Assembly (NCBI GenBank): GCA_017626405.1
Contig: JAGAIS010000002.1
Coordinates: 62,189-126,188 of the forward strand
DNA length: 64,000 nt
Source of the DNA: Bacilli bacterium
GTDB taxonomy: Bacteria > Bacillota_I > Bacilli_A > RF39 > UBA660
Direction of reading: 5' to 3'
The notes below the pieces were generated by a model that was not told where the DNA came from, ran no database searches, and saw only the letters and a program-made list of their open reading frames with translations. A program made the translations under genes and the position numbers. Positions 27,805-36,754 of this stretch are shown in pieces (positions within the stretch are counted from its first letter, which is position 1; each line of letters begins with the position of its first letter).

Positions 27805-29322
27805 ATGAAAAAAATATTAATAACTGGGGGTTCTGGACAGTTAGGATACGATATATATCGAGAATTAAATAAGAGATATGGTGATGATGTAACTATATTC
27901 ATGCCAAATCATGCAGTATTAGATATTACGGATGAAAAAAGTGTAAAACAATTAATTGATGAGTTTAAACCTGATGTTGTATTTCATTCAGCTGCTTATA
28001 CTAAAGTTGATGACGCTGAAGATAATCCTGAAGTGTGTTTTAGTACTAATGTTTCAGCCACTCAATATATTGCTGAGGCTTGTTCAAGTATTGATGCAAA
28101 GTTAATCTATGTAAGTTCCGATTATGTATTTGATGGTAAAAAGGGAAGTCCATATACTGAGGGAGATATGACTAAACCTATTAATACTTATGGTAAAAGT
28201 AAGGCTATTGGGGAATTAAAAGCACAAATTAATCCTAATACATTTGTTGTAAGAACTTCTTGGGTATTTGGTATAAATGGGCGTAACTTCGTTAAGACAA
28301 TGTTGAATCTAGCTGAAAGTCGCGATAAATTGACAGTTGTATGTGATCAATTTGGAAGTCCAACTTATACGGTTGATTTAGCAAGATTACTAGTTGATAT
28401 GAGTGAGTCAGACAAGTATGGAATATATCATGCAACTAATGAGGGATTTACTTCGTGGTATGAATTTGCAAAAGAAATATTCGAAGTTAATAACAAACAA
28501 GTAATAGTTGAAGCTGTGACGAGTAAGGAATATAAAAGCAAAGCAGCAAGACCGATAGATTCTCGTTTATCAAAACAACATTTAGTTGATTGTGGATTTG
28601 AACCACTTCCAGATTATCATGATGCTTTAAAGAGATTCTCTAGTGAATTAGAAGCATACAAAGAATATATATCTACTTATAATATTGATTCAGATATTGA
28701 ATTTGCTAATGGAACAAAGGCGATTGCGACAAATTTAAAAGATTGTTATATAATCAATCCTCGAACTTTTGGTGATGCTAGAGGTTCATTTGCTCCAACG
28801 TTTATGGCTGAATATATGGAAAAGTTAGGATTTGGCAATAGTGTTCAAGATAATAGAAGTATTTCTCATAAGGGAGTATTTAGAGGATTACATTTTCAAA
28901 AAGAACCATATACTCAATCTAAGATTGTATATGTTGATAGAGGTGCTGCTTTTGTAGTCGTAGTAGATATGCGTGTTGATTCACCAACTTATCTTAAGAG
29001 TACATCACTTTTACTAACGCCATTTGATCCTGAGGATCCAAAAAGTGGTCTAGAATTATTCGTTCCAAGAGGATTTGCTCACGGTTATCTAGCACTAAAA
29101 GATAATACTTGGTATATATATAAGATAGATAATGATTATATGCCATCAAGTGAAGGTGGAGTATTATGGTGTGATCCATCGTTAGATATTGATTGGAAGC
29201 GTCTATTTGCAGAAGGATGTATAGATGAAAGTACTCTTGATTTAAAAGATGCCGATAGAAATAGACCTAAACTAGACGGCAAGGAAGAATACTTCCATTA
29301 TAAAAAATTAGAATTAAAATAA
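27805..29322 (+). CDS. rmlD-rmlC: fused dTDP-4-dehydrorhamnose reductase (RmlD) / dTDP-4-dehydrorhamnose 3,5-epimerase (RmlC)
   Basis: N-terminal half: ILITGGSGQLG, YVSSDYVFDG, YGKSK, RTSWVF (RmlD). C-terminal half: GDARGSF, RGLHFQ, SKIVYV, VVVDMRVDSPTY, PRGFAHGY (RmlC cupin). Confidence 0.85.
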   Translation: MKKILITGGSGQLGYDIYRELNKRYGDDVTIFMPNHAVLDITDEKSVKQLIDEFKPDVVFHSAAYTKVDDAEDNPEVCFSTNVSATQYIAEACSSIDAKLIYVSSDYVFDGKKGSPYTEGDMTKPINTYGKSKAIGELKAQINPNTFVVRTSWVFGINGRNFVKTMLNLAESRDKLTVVCDQFGSPTYTVDLARLLVDMSESDKYGIYHATNEGFTSWYEFAKEIFEVNNKQVIVEAVTSKEYKSKAARPIDSRLSKQHLVDCGFEPLPDYHDALKRFSSELEAYKEYISTYNIDSDIEFANGTKAIATNLKDCYIINPRTFGDARGSFAPTFMAEYMEKLGFGNSVQDNRSISHKGVFRGLHFQKEPYTQSKIVYVDRGAAFVVVVDMRVDSPTYLKSTSLLLTPFDPEDPKSGLELFVPRGFAHGYLALKDNTWYIYKIDNDYMPSSEGGVLWCDPSLDIDWKRLFAEGCIDESTLDLKDADRNRPKLDGKEEYFHYKKLELK

Positions 29323-29465
29323 TAAATATAAAAAGATATCACGAAGAATATTTAAAATAAATATATTTTGTGGTATCTTAATTATTGTGGTAAAATACTA
29401 TTTATTAGTTTTCGAGAAAAAGAACTAAAAAAAATTATAAATAATAGAATAGAGAGTGTGTAGTA

Positions 29466-31532
29466 ATGAAAGAGAAGTTAAATAATTCATATTTGATTAA
29501 TTATTTGATTTTATTACTTGGAATGTTTATTCCCGAAGTGATATTTAAAGTAATAAATAAATCGAGCGTTTTAGATATGTCTACTTTAAGAATATTCTTA
29601 GGACTAAATATAATATGTTCTATTGCATTATTTATTTTAAACTTTGCAAGACCTCTAGTTAGAAAAATCGTTGTCTCTATTATTGTTTTTATTACTTCAG
29701 TATATACATTTCTTCAACTTGGCTTCTTTAACTTTTTGGGAGTATACATATCATTTCAAACTTCTAGTCAATTAGGAGCCGTTAAAGATTATATTAAGGA
29801 TTTTATCTGTAGTTTTAAGCCAATATTCTTTATTGTGCTTATTCCTATAGTAATAATTATATTACTATATGTTGTATTTTCTAAAAAGATGAATAATGAG
29901 CCAATAAAACTTAAAAATAATATTATTGTATCAAGCATTATTCTTGTTCTTAGTATAACTCTTTATACATTGACCATTTTAGTTCCAGGGCTTCAAAACA
30001 AATATCAAACAATCAGCAATAAAAAATTGTTCTTAACGGCTTCAAACCCTAGTTTGACGACTGAACAATATGGTACTTTAGGGTTCTGCTTTCTCGATTT
30101 AAAAGCTATGATGTTTCCGGTTTCTCTAGAAGAAAACTATGTAACCAATAATAACGCAAATGAATCTTCAGTAACAACTGAGTATTCTCGTGAAATCGAT
30201 GATACAAAATGGAAAGAGATAATCGAGAATGAGAAAAATATTAAAATGAATTCTTTAAATAACTATTTTATCAATAGAAGTATTACAGATAAAAATGAGT
30301 ATACGGGATTATTTGAAGATAAAAACTTAATTGTCATTTTAATGGAAAGTGTCAATGATATTTTTATCAATCCTGAGTACTATCCTAACTTTTACAAATT
30401 AGTTAGTGAAGGGTGGTATTGGAAAAATAATTATTCACCCCGCAACTCTTGTGCGACGATGAATAATGAATTCAGTGGAATGACTGGTCTATATTCTATT
30501 TATAATACTTGTACTGCAAGTAAATATAAGAATAATAGTTATTATGAAAGTATATTTAATCTATATAATAATAAAAATTATATAACTTTTTCTGCTCATG
30601 ACTATACAGAAGCTTATTATCCCAGAAAAAAAATTCATACTAATATGGGAAGTGGCGAATACTTTGGCGTTCAAAAGTTAGGAATAGATTATTCGAATGA
30701 ATATATCAATTGGGCAAATGATGATGATTTTATGGCCGAAGTATTAAATATTATTGATGATAAGAGAGAGAAGAATGAACAGTTTATGACTTGGCTTACG
30801 ACTGTTTCTTCGCATCAACCTTATAGTGTTAATTCTATTCAAGGAAATAAGTATTATGATCTAACAGAAAATACTAAATATCCTAAAGATGTAAGAAGAT
30901 ATATGTCAAAACTAAAGATTTTAGATGATGGACTTGGAGTATTACTTGAAGGATTAGAGAGTCGTGGAATATTAGATGATACAGTTATTGTTTTATATGG
31001 TGATCATTATCCTTATGGAATTAGTACTGACAATTTAAATAAAGTATTAGATTATGATACAAGTGAGTATTATAACGCCGAGAGAGTCCCTTTTGTTATA
31101 TATAACAGTGAGCAAGAAGCTAAAGTATTCTCTGAGTATACATCGTACATAAATATATTGCCAACATTAGCAAATTTGTTCAATTTAGACTATGACCCAA
31201 GATTATATTTGGGTACTGATATCTTGAGTGACGATTATAAATCATTGGTAGTCTTTGCTGATGGATCATGGAAGAATGAAAACTATTACTATGATGCCAC
31301 TAAGAATAAAATAACCAATTTTACTGATAAGGAATTATCTCTAGAGGAATTAAAGAACATTAATGATGGCATCAATACGAAAATAAGTGTTAGTAGTGAT
31401 GTTATTAAGAATAATTACTTCAAATATTTAGAAGATAAATTAAAAAGTATTGAAGAAGATGAAGAAATAGTAGAAGAATCAAAAGACAAAGAGAGCGTAA
31501 AGACAACTACTAAAAATAAAACTAATCAATAA
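29466..31532 (+). CDS. LtaS-family (sulfatase-fold) membrane phosphoglycerol/alditol-phosphate transferase, GacH-like by context
   Basis: About 5 N-terminal TM helices plus an extracellular sulfatase-like domain (VILMESV, TVSSHQPY, VLYGDHYPYG). Confidence 0.8.
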   Translation: MKEKLNNSYLINYLILLLGMFIPEVIFKVINKSSVLDMSTLRIFLGLNIICSIALFILNFARPLVRKIVVSIIVFITSVYTFLQLGFFNFLGVYISFQTSSQLGAVKDYIKDFICSFKPIFFIVLIPIVIIILLYVVFSKKMNNEPIKLKNNIIVSSIILVLSITLYTLTILVPGLQNKYQTISNKKLFLTASNPSLTTEQYGTLGFCFLDLKAMMFPVSLEENYVTNNNANESSVTTEYSREIDDTKWKEIIENEKNIKMNSLNNYFINRSITDKNEYTGLFEDKNLIVILMESVNDIFINPEYYPNFYKLVSEGWYWKNNYSPRNSCATMNNEFSGMTGLYSIYNTCTASKYKNNSYYESIFNLYNNKNYITFSAHDYTEAYYPRKKIHTNMGSGEYFGVQKLGIDYSNEYINWANDDDFMAEVLNIIDDKREKNEQFMTWLTTVSSHQPYSVNSIQGNKYYDLTENTKYPKDVRRYMSKLKILDDGLGVLLEGLESRGILDDTVIVLYGDHYPYGISTDNLNKVLDYDTSEYYNAERVPFVIYNSEQEAKVFSEYTSYINILPTLANLFNLDYDPRLYLGTDILSDDYKSLVVFADGSWKNENYYYDATKNKITNFTDKELSLEELKNINDGINTKISVSSDVIKNNYFKYLEDKLKSIEEDEEIVEESKDKESVKTTTKNKTNQ

Positions 31533-31611
31533 TAGAAAAAACATCTCCATTTTTATAACTTGAAGATGTTTTTTTTATTAGAAATTTGATACAATAAAGT
31601 TGGGTGATTAC

Positions 31612-32576
31612 ATGAGTAAAGATTTGATTTCTATTATTGTTCCAACATACAATAGAGCAAGAACTCTTAAAAGTTCAATTAATGTCTCATTAATCAAACA
31701 TATCCTAATATCGAGATTATCATTGTTGATGATGGTTCGATAGATAATACTCAAGAATTAGTTAGTAGTATTGATGATTCAAGAATTAAATATATTAAAT
31801 TAGATAAAAACTATGGAGCTTGCTATGCGCGTAATATAGGTATAAAAGTTTCTCTCGGAAAATATATAATGTTTAATGATTCTGATGATACATTTAATTC
31901 AAGAAAAGTTGAAATACAATATAAGAATATATTAGAAAATAAATCTGATATGGATTTTTGTAAACTAAGAATACATTCTAATGATACGATAATAGAAATA
32001 CCTACTGAAAGTCAGCTAGATGATATAAATAAGAATGGATTAGTAACTGAGTTATGCAAAGCAAACTTTATAAGTACTCAATCATTTATAGTTAAAAAAA
32101 GTATATTAGAAAAATATTTATTTGATGAAAATCTTCCTCGATTACAAGATTATGATTTATTTTTAAGACTGATTCCCCATATAAAAGTATCATTTACAAA
32201 TTTATTCCTAGCTGATTTATATCGCCAAACTGATAGTATTAGTAGATCAAATGTTAGATTAAGTAAAGCTATTGGTATCATGTATGCCAAAGAATATAAT
32301 TTGAGTCGAAGAAACTTAGAATCGCTTCATCAACAAATATTTAGAATAAATGAAGATCTATCTAGTTATATGAATTTATTAGAGACAAATCTTCAAAGTT
32401 CTCAAAGTGATGTTGAAAAACTAAATTCTGAATTAGAAGAAATGACTAAGAATTTACAAAGAATTAAAAGAGAAAAAGAAGAAATAGAACAAAAATATTA
32501 TAAGGTAGTAAATTCTCGTGTTTGGAAGTTTTTAGATAAGGCACGAAGAATAGGAAAGAATGTTATAAGAAAATAA
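31612..32576 (+). pseudogene. frameshifted family 2 glycosyltransferase with C-terminal coiled coil
   Basis: MSKDLISIIVPTYNRARTLKSSIN is in one frame. (C)LINQTYPNIEIIIVDDGSIDNTQ...YARNIGI...FNDSDD continues in another, with a shift near 31675-31690. The track only reports the downstream part, 31869..32576. Confidence 0.7.
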
Positions 32577-32581
32577 TTATT

Positions 32582-32607
32582 AAGTACTTTAAAAAAGTAC
32601 TTTTTTT
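32582..32607 (+). terminator. rho-independent terminator
   Basis: AAGTACTTT-AAA-AAAGTACTT stem followed by T-run. Confidence 0.65.
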
Positions 32608-32681
32608 AAAGTTTTATTGAGAATACTATATATAATATGGTATAATTTTATAGGAAGAATAAAAATCAAAGAAGGAATATT

Positions 32682-33530
32682 ATGATCAGTTATGTTATCT
32701 TACATTATAAAAATATAAATGATACTATTGAGTGCATAGAATCTATAAAAAAACTAGATAGACAGGAAGACCTATCAATAGTAGTTGTAGATAATAATTC
32801 TTTAAATGATTTAGAATTAGAAGAATTAAAGAAGTATACTGATGATGTTATTCTTTCAGAATATAACTTAGGGGTTTCAAAAGCATATAACTTGGGAAGC
32901 AAATATGCAATTGAAAAATATAAACCGGACTTTTTATGCGCCCTTAATAATGATATTTTAATTAATCAGAGTAATTTTATTGAATTAATTGAAGATACTT
33001 ATAAAGAATATGAATTTGATGCAATGGGTCCAAAGATAATATGCCCAGGAGACTCAGTTAATCCTTTTCCGGTCTTTGATTCATTAGAGAGTGTTTCTAG
33101 TCGAATTGAGAGAAATGACAAATTAATTAATATCTATTCTAATCCTTTTAAATCATTTATATTTGAATTTGGATTAAAAGTTAAAGGAATATTAAAAAAA
33201 ACTAAAAGATTAGAAAATGGGAAAAGATTAGTGAGTGGTTGTGCATTACATGGATGTTTTATAGTATTTTCTAAGAAGTACTATAAAAAATATAATGATG
33301 TAATGTTACCTGATACATTTTTATTTCACGAAGAAGAATTCTTATATTTTAGATTTAAGAAAAATAATCTAGTATCAATATATAATCCTAAGTTAGAAAT
33401 AGTTCATAAAGAGGGACAAGCATTGAAAAAGGGAAGTACTAGTATAAGAATAAGAAAATTAAATAAATTAAAGGAAGCAAATAAATCACTTAATATATTA
33501 AAAGACAAACTCATTAAAGATGATTTTTAG
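32682..33530 (+). CDS. family 2 glycosyltransferase (rhamnosyltransferase-like)
   Basis: ISYVILHYKNINDT...VVVDNNSLND. Same architecture as 26928..27776. Confidence 0.8.
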   Translation: MISYVILHYKNINDTIECIESIKKLDRQEDLSIVVVDNNSLNDLELEELKKYTDDVILSEYNLGVSKAYNLGSKYAIEKYKPDFLCALNNDILINQSNFIELIEDTYKEYEFDAMGPKIICPGDSVNPFPVFDSLESVSSRIERNDKLINIYSNPFKSFIFEFGLKVKGILKKTKRLENGKRLVSGCALHGCFIVFSKKYYKKYNDVMLPDTFLFHEEEFLYFRFKKNNLVSIYNPKLEIVHKEGQALKKGSTSIRIRKLNKLKEANKSLNILKDKLIKDDF

Positions 33531-33542
33531 ATAGGAGTAATT

Positions 33543-34277
33543 ATGAAAAAGGAAAATGTTATAGAAGTAAGAAATATGACTAAGACATTCAAGTTATTTT
33601 ATGATAAACCAAGTACTCTAAAGGAACGACTTGTTTTTTGGAATCATAAGAAAGCAGAAACAAGAACAGTTTTAGATAATATAAACTTAGAAATAAAAAA
33701 AGGAGAAACTGTTGCTCTTATTGGTATTAATGGTTCTGGGAAATCTACTTTATTAAAACTTATGACAAAGATTATATATCCAACAGAAGGTACATTAGAA
33801 ACAAATGGTAAATTAACTAGTTTACTTGAATTAGGTGCTGGCTTCCATCCAGACTTTACAGGAAGAGAGAATATTTACTTTAATGCATCTATATTTGGAT
33901 TAACGAGAAAAGAAATAGATAAACGTTTAGATGATATTATTGAATTTTCAGAACTTGAAGAATTTATTGATAATCCCGTAAGAACTTATTCGAGTGGTCA
34001 ATATATGAGACTTGCATTCTCAATTGCTATCAATGTCGATGCTGAAATATTACTAATTGATGAAATACTTGCCGTAGGAGATCAGCACTTTCAAGATAAA
34101 TGTTTTAAAAAACTAGAAGAATTAAGGGATTCTGATAAGACAATAGTTATTGTTTCACATGCTCTAGGAACGCTTAAAAACTTATGTTCAAGAGGTATTT
34201 GGATAAATGAAGGTAAGGTACAAATGGATGGAAAAATTGGTGAAGTAATCGATGAGTACCTTAAGATTTGTGGGTAG
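33543..34277 (+). CDS. polysaccharide/teichoic-acid export ABC transporter ATP-binding protein (Wzt/TagH/RgpD-like)
   Basis: Walker A GINGSGKST, signature YSSGQYMRLAF, Walker B LLIDEILAVGD. Only 244 aa, so there is no C-terminal carbohydrate-binding extension. Confidence 0.85.
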   Translation: MKKENVIEVRNMTKTFKLFYDKPSTLKERLVFWNHKKAETRTVLDNINLEIKKGETVALIGINGSGKSTLLKLMTKIIYPTEGTLETNGKLTSLLELGAGFHPDFTGRENIYFNASIFGLTRKEIDKRLDDIIEFSELEEFIDNPVRTYSSGQYMRLAFSIAINVDAEILLIDEILAVGDQHFQDKCFKKLEELRDSDKTIVIVSHALGTLKNLCSRGIWINEGKVQMDGKIGEVIDEYLKICG

Positions 34278-34285
34278 GTGATAAT

Positions 34286-35071
34286 ATGAAGTTATTCAAA
34301 GATTTATATGCCTATAGAGAACTTTTAAAATCTAATGTCAAAAAAGAGATTAGAGGAAAATATAAGGGATCATTCTTAGGTATTTTATGGTCGTTTGTAA
34401 GTCCACTTTTAATGACTTTAGTATATGCTATAGTATTTCCATTCTTGATGAGGGGAGCAGGCTATGAACATTATACGACATTCCTAATTATTGGTATACT
34501 TCCATGGACATGGTTTACAACTAATATTGCTCAGGGAACTTTCACAATTATTGGTAATGGTCCAATTATTAAAAAAGTATATTTTCCTAGAGAAATATTG
34601 CCAATATCAGTTGTTAGTAGTGGTTTAGTAAACTTTCTTATATCTTGTGCAATAATTGCAATATTCTTAATATGTACAGGAATTGGTTTTAGCATTAATA
34701 TATTATGGTTACCACTTATAATACTTACTCAGTATTTATTAACTTTAGGTATCATATTTATAACGGGAGCAATTAATGTCTATGTAAGAGATTTGGAATA
34801 TATTATAAACTTTATAATTCAAATGTTATTCTATGGAACACCAATTCTATATTCTGTAGATATGTTTGCAAAAGCCCCAGTATTAATTAAGACATTAATT
34901 AATACTAATCCAATGGGTATTATAATAACTTCTTATCGAGATATCCTTTATTGGGGTAATATGCCGCATATTAAATCATTACTAATTGTTCTAGCATTTA
35001 GTATTGTATTGTGCGCAGTAGGTTTAGCAATATTTAGAAAACTATCTAAAGGATTTGCAGAAGAAATATAG
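34286..35071 (+). CDS. ABC-2 type polysaccharide export permease (Wzm/TagG/RgpC-like)
   Basis: N-terminal RELLKSNVKKEIRGKYKGSFLGILWSFVSPLL motif typical of ABC-2 glycan exporters, about 6 TM helices. ATG 34286 follows a GGTAGGTGA RBS. Confidence 0.85.
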   Translation: MKLFKDLYAYRELLKSNVKKEIRGKYKGSFLGILWSFVSPLLMTLVYAIVFPFLMRGAGYEHYTTFLIIGILPWTWFTTNIAQGTFTIIGNGPIIKKVYFPREILPISVVSSGLVNFLISCAIIAIFLICTGIGFSINILWLPLIILTQYLLTLGIIFITGAINVYVRDLEYIINFIIQMLFYGTPILYSVDMFAKAPVLIKTLINTNPMGIIITSYRDILYWGNMPHIKSLLIVLAFSIVLCAVGLAIFRKLSKGFAEEI

Positions 35072-35089
35072 TTTGACAAAGGAGATCTT

Positions 35090-36754
35090 ATGAAAATATT
35101 AGTGTATACTGTATTAGCTAGCCAATATGATAATCTATATGAAATCCAACATGAAAAGGGAATAGACTATTATTGTTTTACAAATAATAAGAATTTAAAA
35201 AGTGATTCTTGGAATATAGAGTATATTAGTAATCCGGATAATTTAGATGATGAGAGATTACAAAAAAAATACAAATTCTTAATAAATGAAAAATTTGAAG
35301 AAAAATATGATTTAGTCTTCTATATAGATTGCAATTGTAGAGTTATAGCATCAATTAGAGAATATATTAAAGATAATTGCGATTTAGATAACTATAATTT
35401 GTTTATTATTGGAAACAATAAAAATGATTGTATATATGAAGAAGCGAAAACATGTGTTCAGTTAAAACAAGATAATGCGAAATTAATAGAAAAAGAAATG
35501 AAATTTATAAAAGAAAAAGGATTTCCAGAACATTACGGTTTATTAACCAGCGAATTAATTTTAAGAAAAACAAGCGATAAAAAGATTAGAAAAATGTTTA
35601 AAGACATAGTTGACATGATAATGAATTATTCTAAAATTGATCAATTAGCCACTATGTATGTTTTATGGAAATACACTTATAATAAACTACAAATAATAGA
35701 ACTTGATCAATACAATAATAAATATTTTTATATCAATTCTGATAATAAAGAACACGTTGAATATTTTATGGGGAATGCCAATAATTCAAAATTAGGTGAA
35801 AAAGAAGAACAAAACAAATATGATATATCCAATTATGAATGTAAAATTACAGATGAAAATGATTCTCATGCTATGCTAGCAAGAGAAGTATCAGATAATT
35901 CAAAGGTGTTAGATGTTGGTTGTTCAACAGGAGTAATCGGGAAATTACTTAAAAATGCCAAAAAGTGTATTGTTGATGGAATAGAAGTGGATAAAGAAGC
36001 ATATAATGTGGCCAAAGATGCTAATATCTACAGAAGATTATATAGCTTTTATATAGGTGATTTTAGTAAAGAATTTAATAAATTTATGAATGACAACGAA
36101 AAATATGATTATATTATTTTTGCAGATGTTTTGGAACATATTGATGAACCATATGAAATAATTAATATAATATCAAAAAAACTTAAAATTAACGGAAAAA
36201 TTTTAGTAAGCATTCCAAATATTGCAAATATAGATATTATAAAAGGCCTAATAAATCAAAGATTTAATTATAATACTAAGGGTATATTAGATACTACACA
36301 TATTAGATTTTTTACAAAAAACTCATTTGTTGAAATGATAGATAATTATAATGCTAGGTATGATAATTATTTTAATGTAGAATATATAGGAAGCACATAT
36401 GTTGTTCCAAAATATAAGGAAGAATATAAAATTTTAGACTTTTTTAATAAAGAATATTTTGCTGTTCAAAATTTATTTACTTTAACCTTAGTAGAAGAAA
36501 AAGATTATAAAAGTAACATCTTGCCTTCTACAAATCAATTTGAAGATTTAAATTACACAATAACAGATATTATTTATGAAAATAAAAAAATGAGTGCAAC
36601 TATTGAAGAACAAGACAGGATTATAAATGGTTATTCAATCGAAATTAATAAGTTAAATAAAAAATTAGATAGTATTATCAACTCAAAAGGTTGGAAAATG
36701 CTTGAAAAGATGAGAAAAATTAAAAATAAAATATCAGGAGGAAGTAATGAATAA
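35090..36754 (+). CDS. three-part protein: N-terminal DUF616-like glycosyltransferase-like region, class I SAM methyltransferase, C-terminal coiled coil
   Basis: VLDVGCSTGVIG (motif I), IIFADVLEHI (motif II/III), then heptad-like EEQDRIINGYSIEINKLNKKLDSIINSKGWKMLEKMRKIK. The N-terminal YTVLASQYDNL...YYCFTNN resembles DUF616. Confidence 0.7.
   Translation: MKILVYTVLASQYDNLYEIQHEKGIDYYCFTNNKNLKSDSWNIEYISNPDNLDDERLQKKYKFLINEKFEEKYDLVFYIDCNCRVIASIREYIKDNCDLDNYNLFIIGNNKNDCIYEEAKTCVQLKQDNAKLIEKEMKFIKEKGFPEHYGLLTSELILRKTSDKKIRKMFKDIVDMIMNYSKIDQLATMYVLWKYTYNKLQIIELDQYNNKYFYINSDNKEHVEYFMGNANNSKLGEKEEQNKYDISNYECKITDENDSHAMLAREVSDNSKVLDVGCSTGVIGKLLKNAKKCIVDGIEVDKEAYNVAKDANIYRRLYSFYIGDFSKEFNKFMNDNEKYDYIIFADVLEHIDEPYEIINIISKKLKINGKILVSIPNIANIDIIKGLINQRFNYNTKGILDTTHIRFFTKNSFVEMIDNYNARYDNYFNVEYIGSTYVVPKYKEEYKILDFFNKEYFAVQNLFTLTLVEEKDYKSNILPSTNQFEDLNYTITDIIYENKKMSATIEEQDRIINGYSIEINKLNKKLDSIINSKGWKMLEKMRKIKNKISGGSNE

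Noticed and set aside
29323-29465. Imperfect long-loop inverted repeat (AGATATCAC...GTGGTATCT) after the rmlD-rmlC fusion, as terminator or regulatory RNA
   Set aside because: The stem has a mismatch, the loop is about 28 nt, and there is no clear T-run. That is too weak to call.
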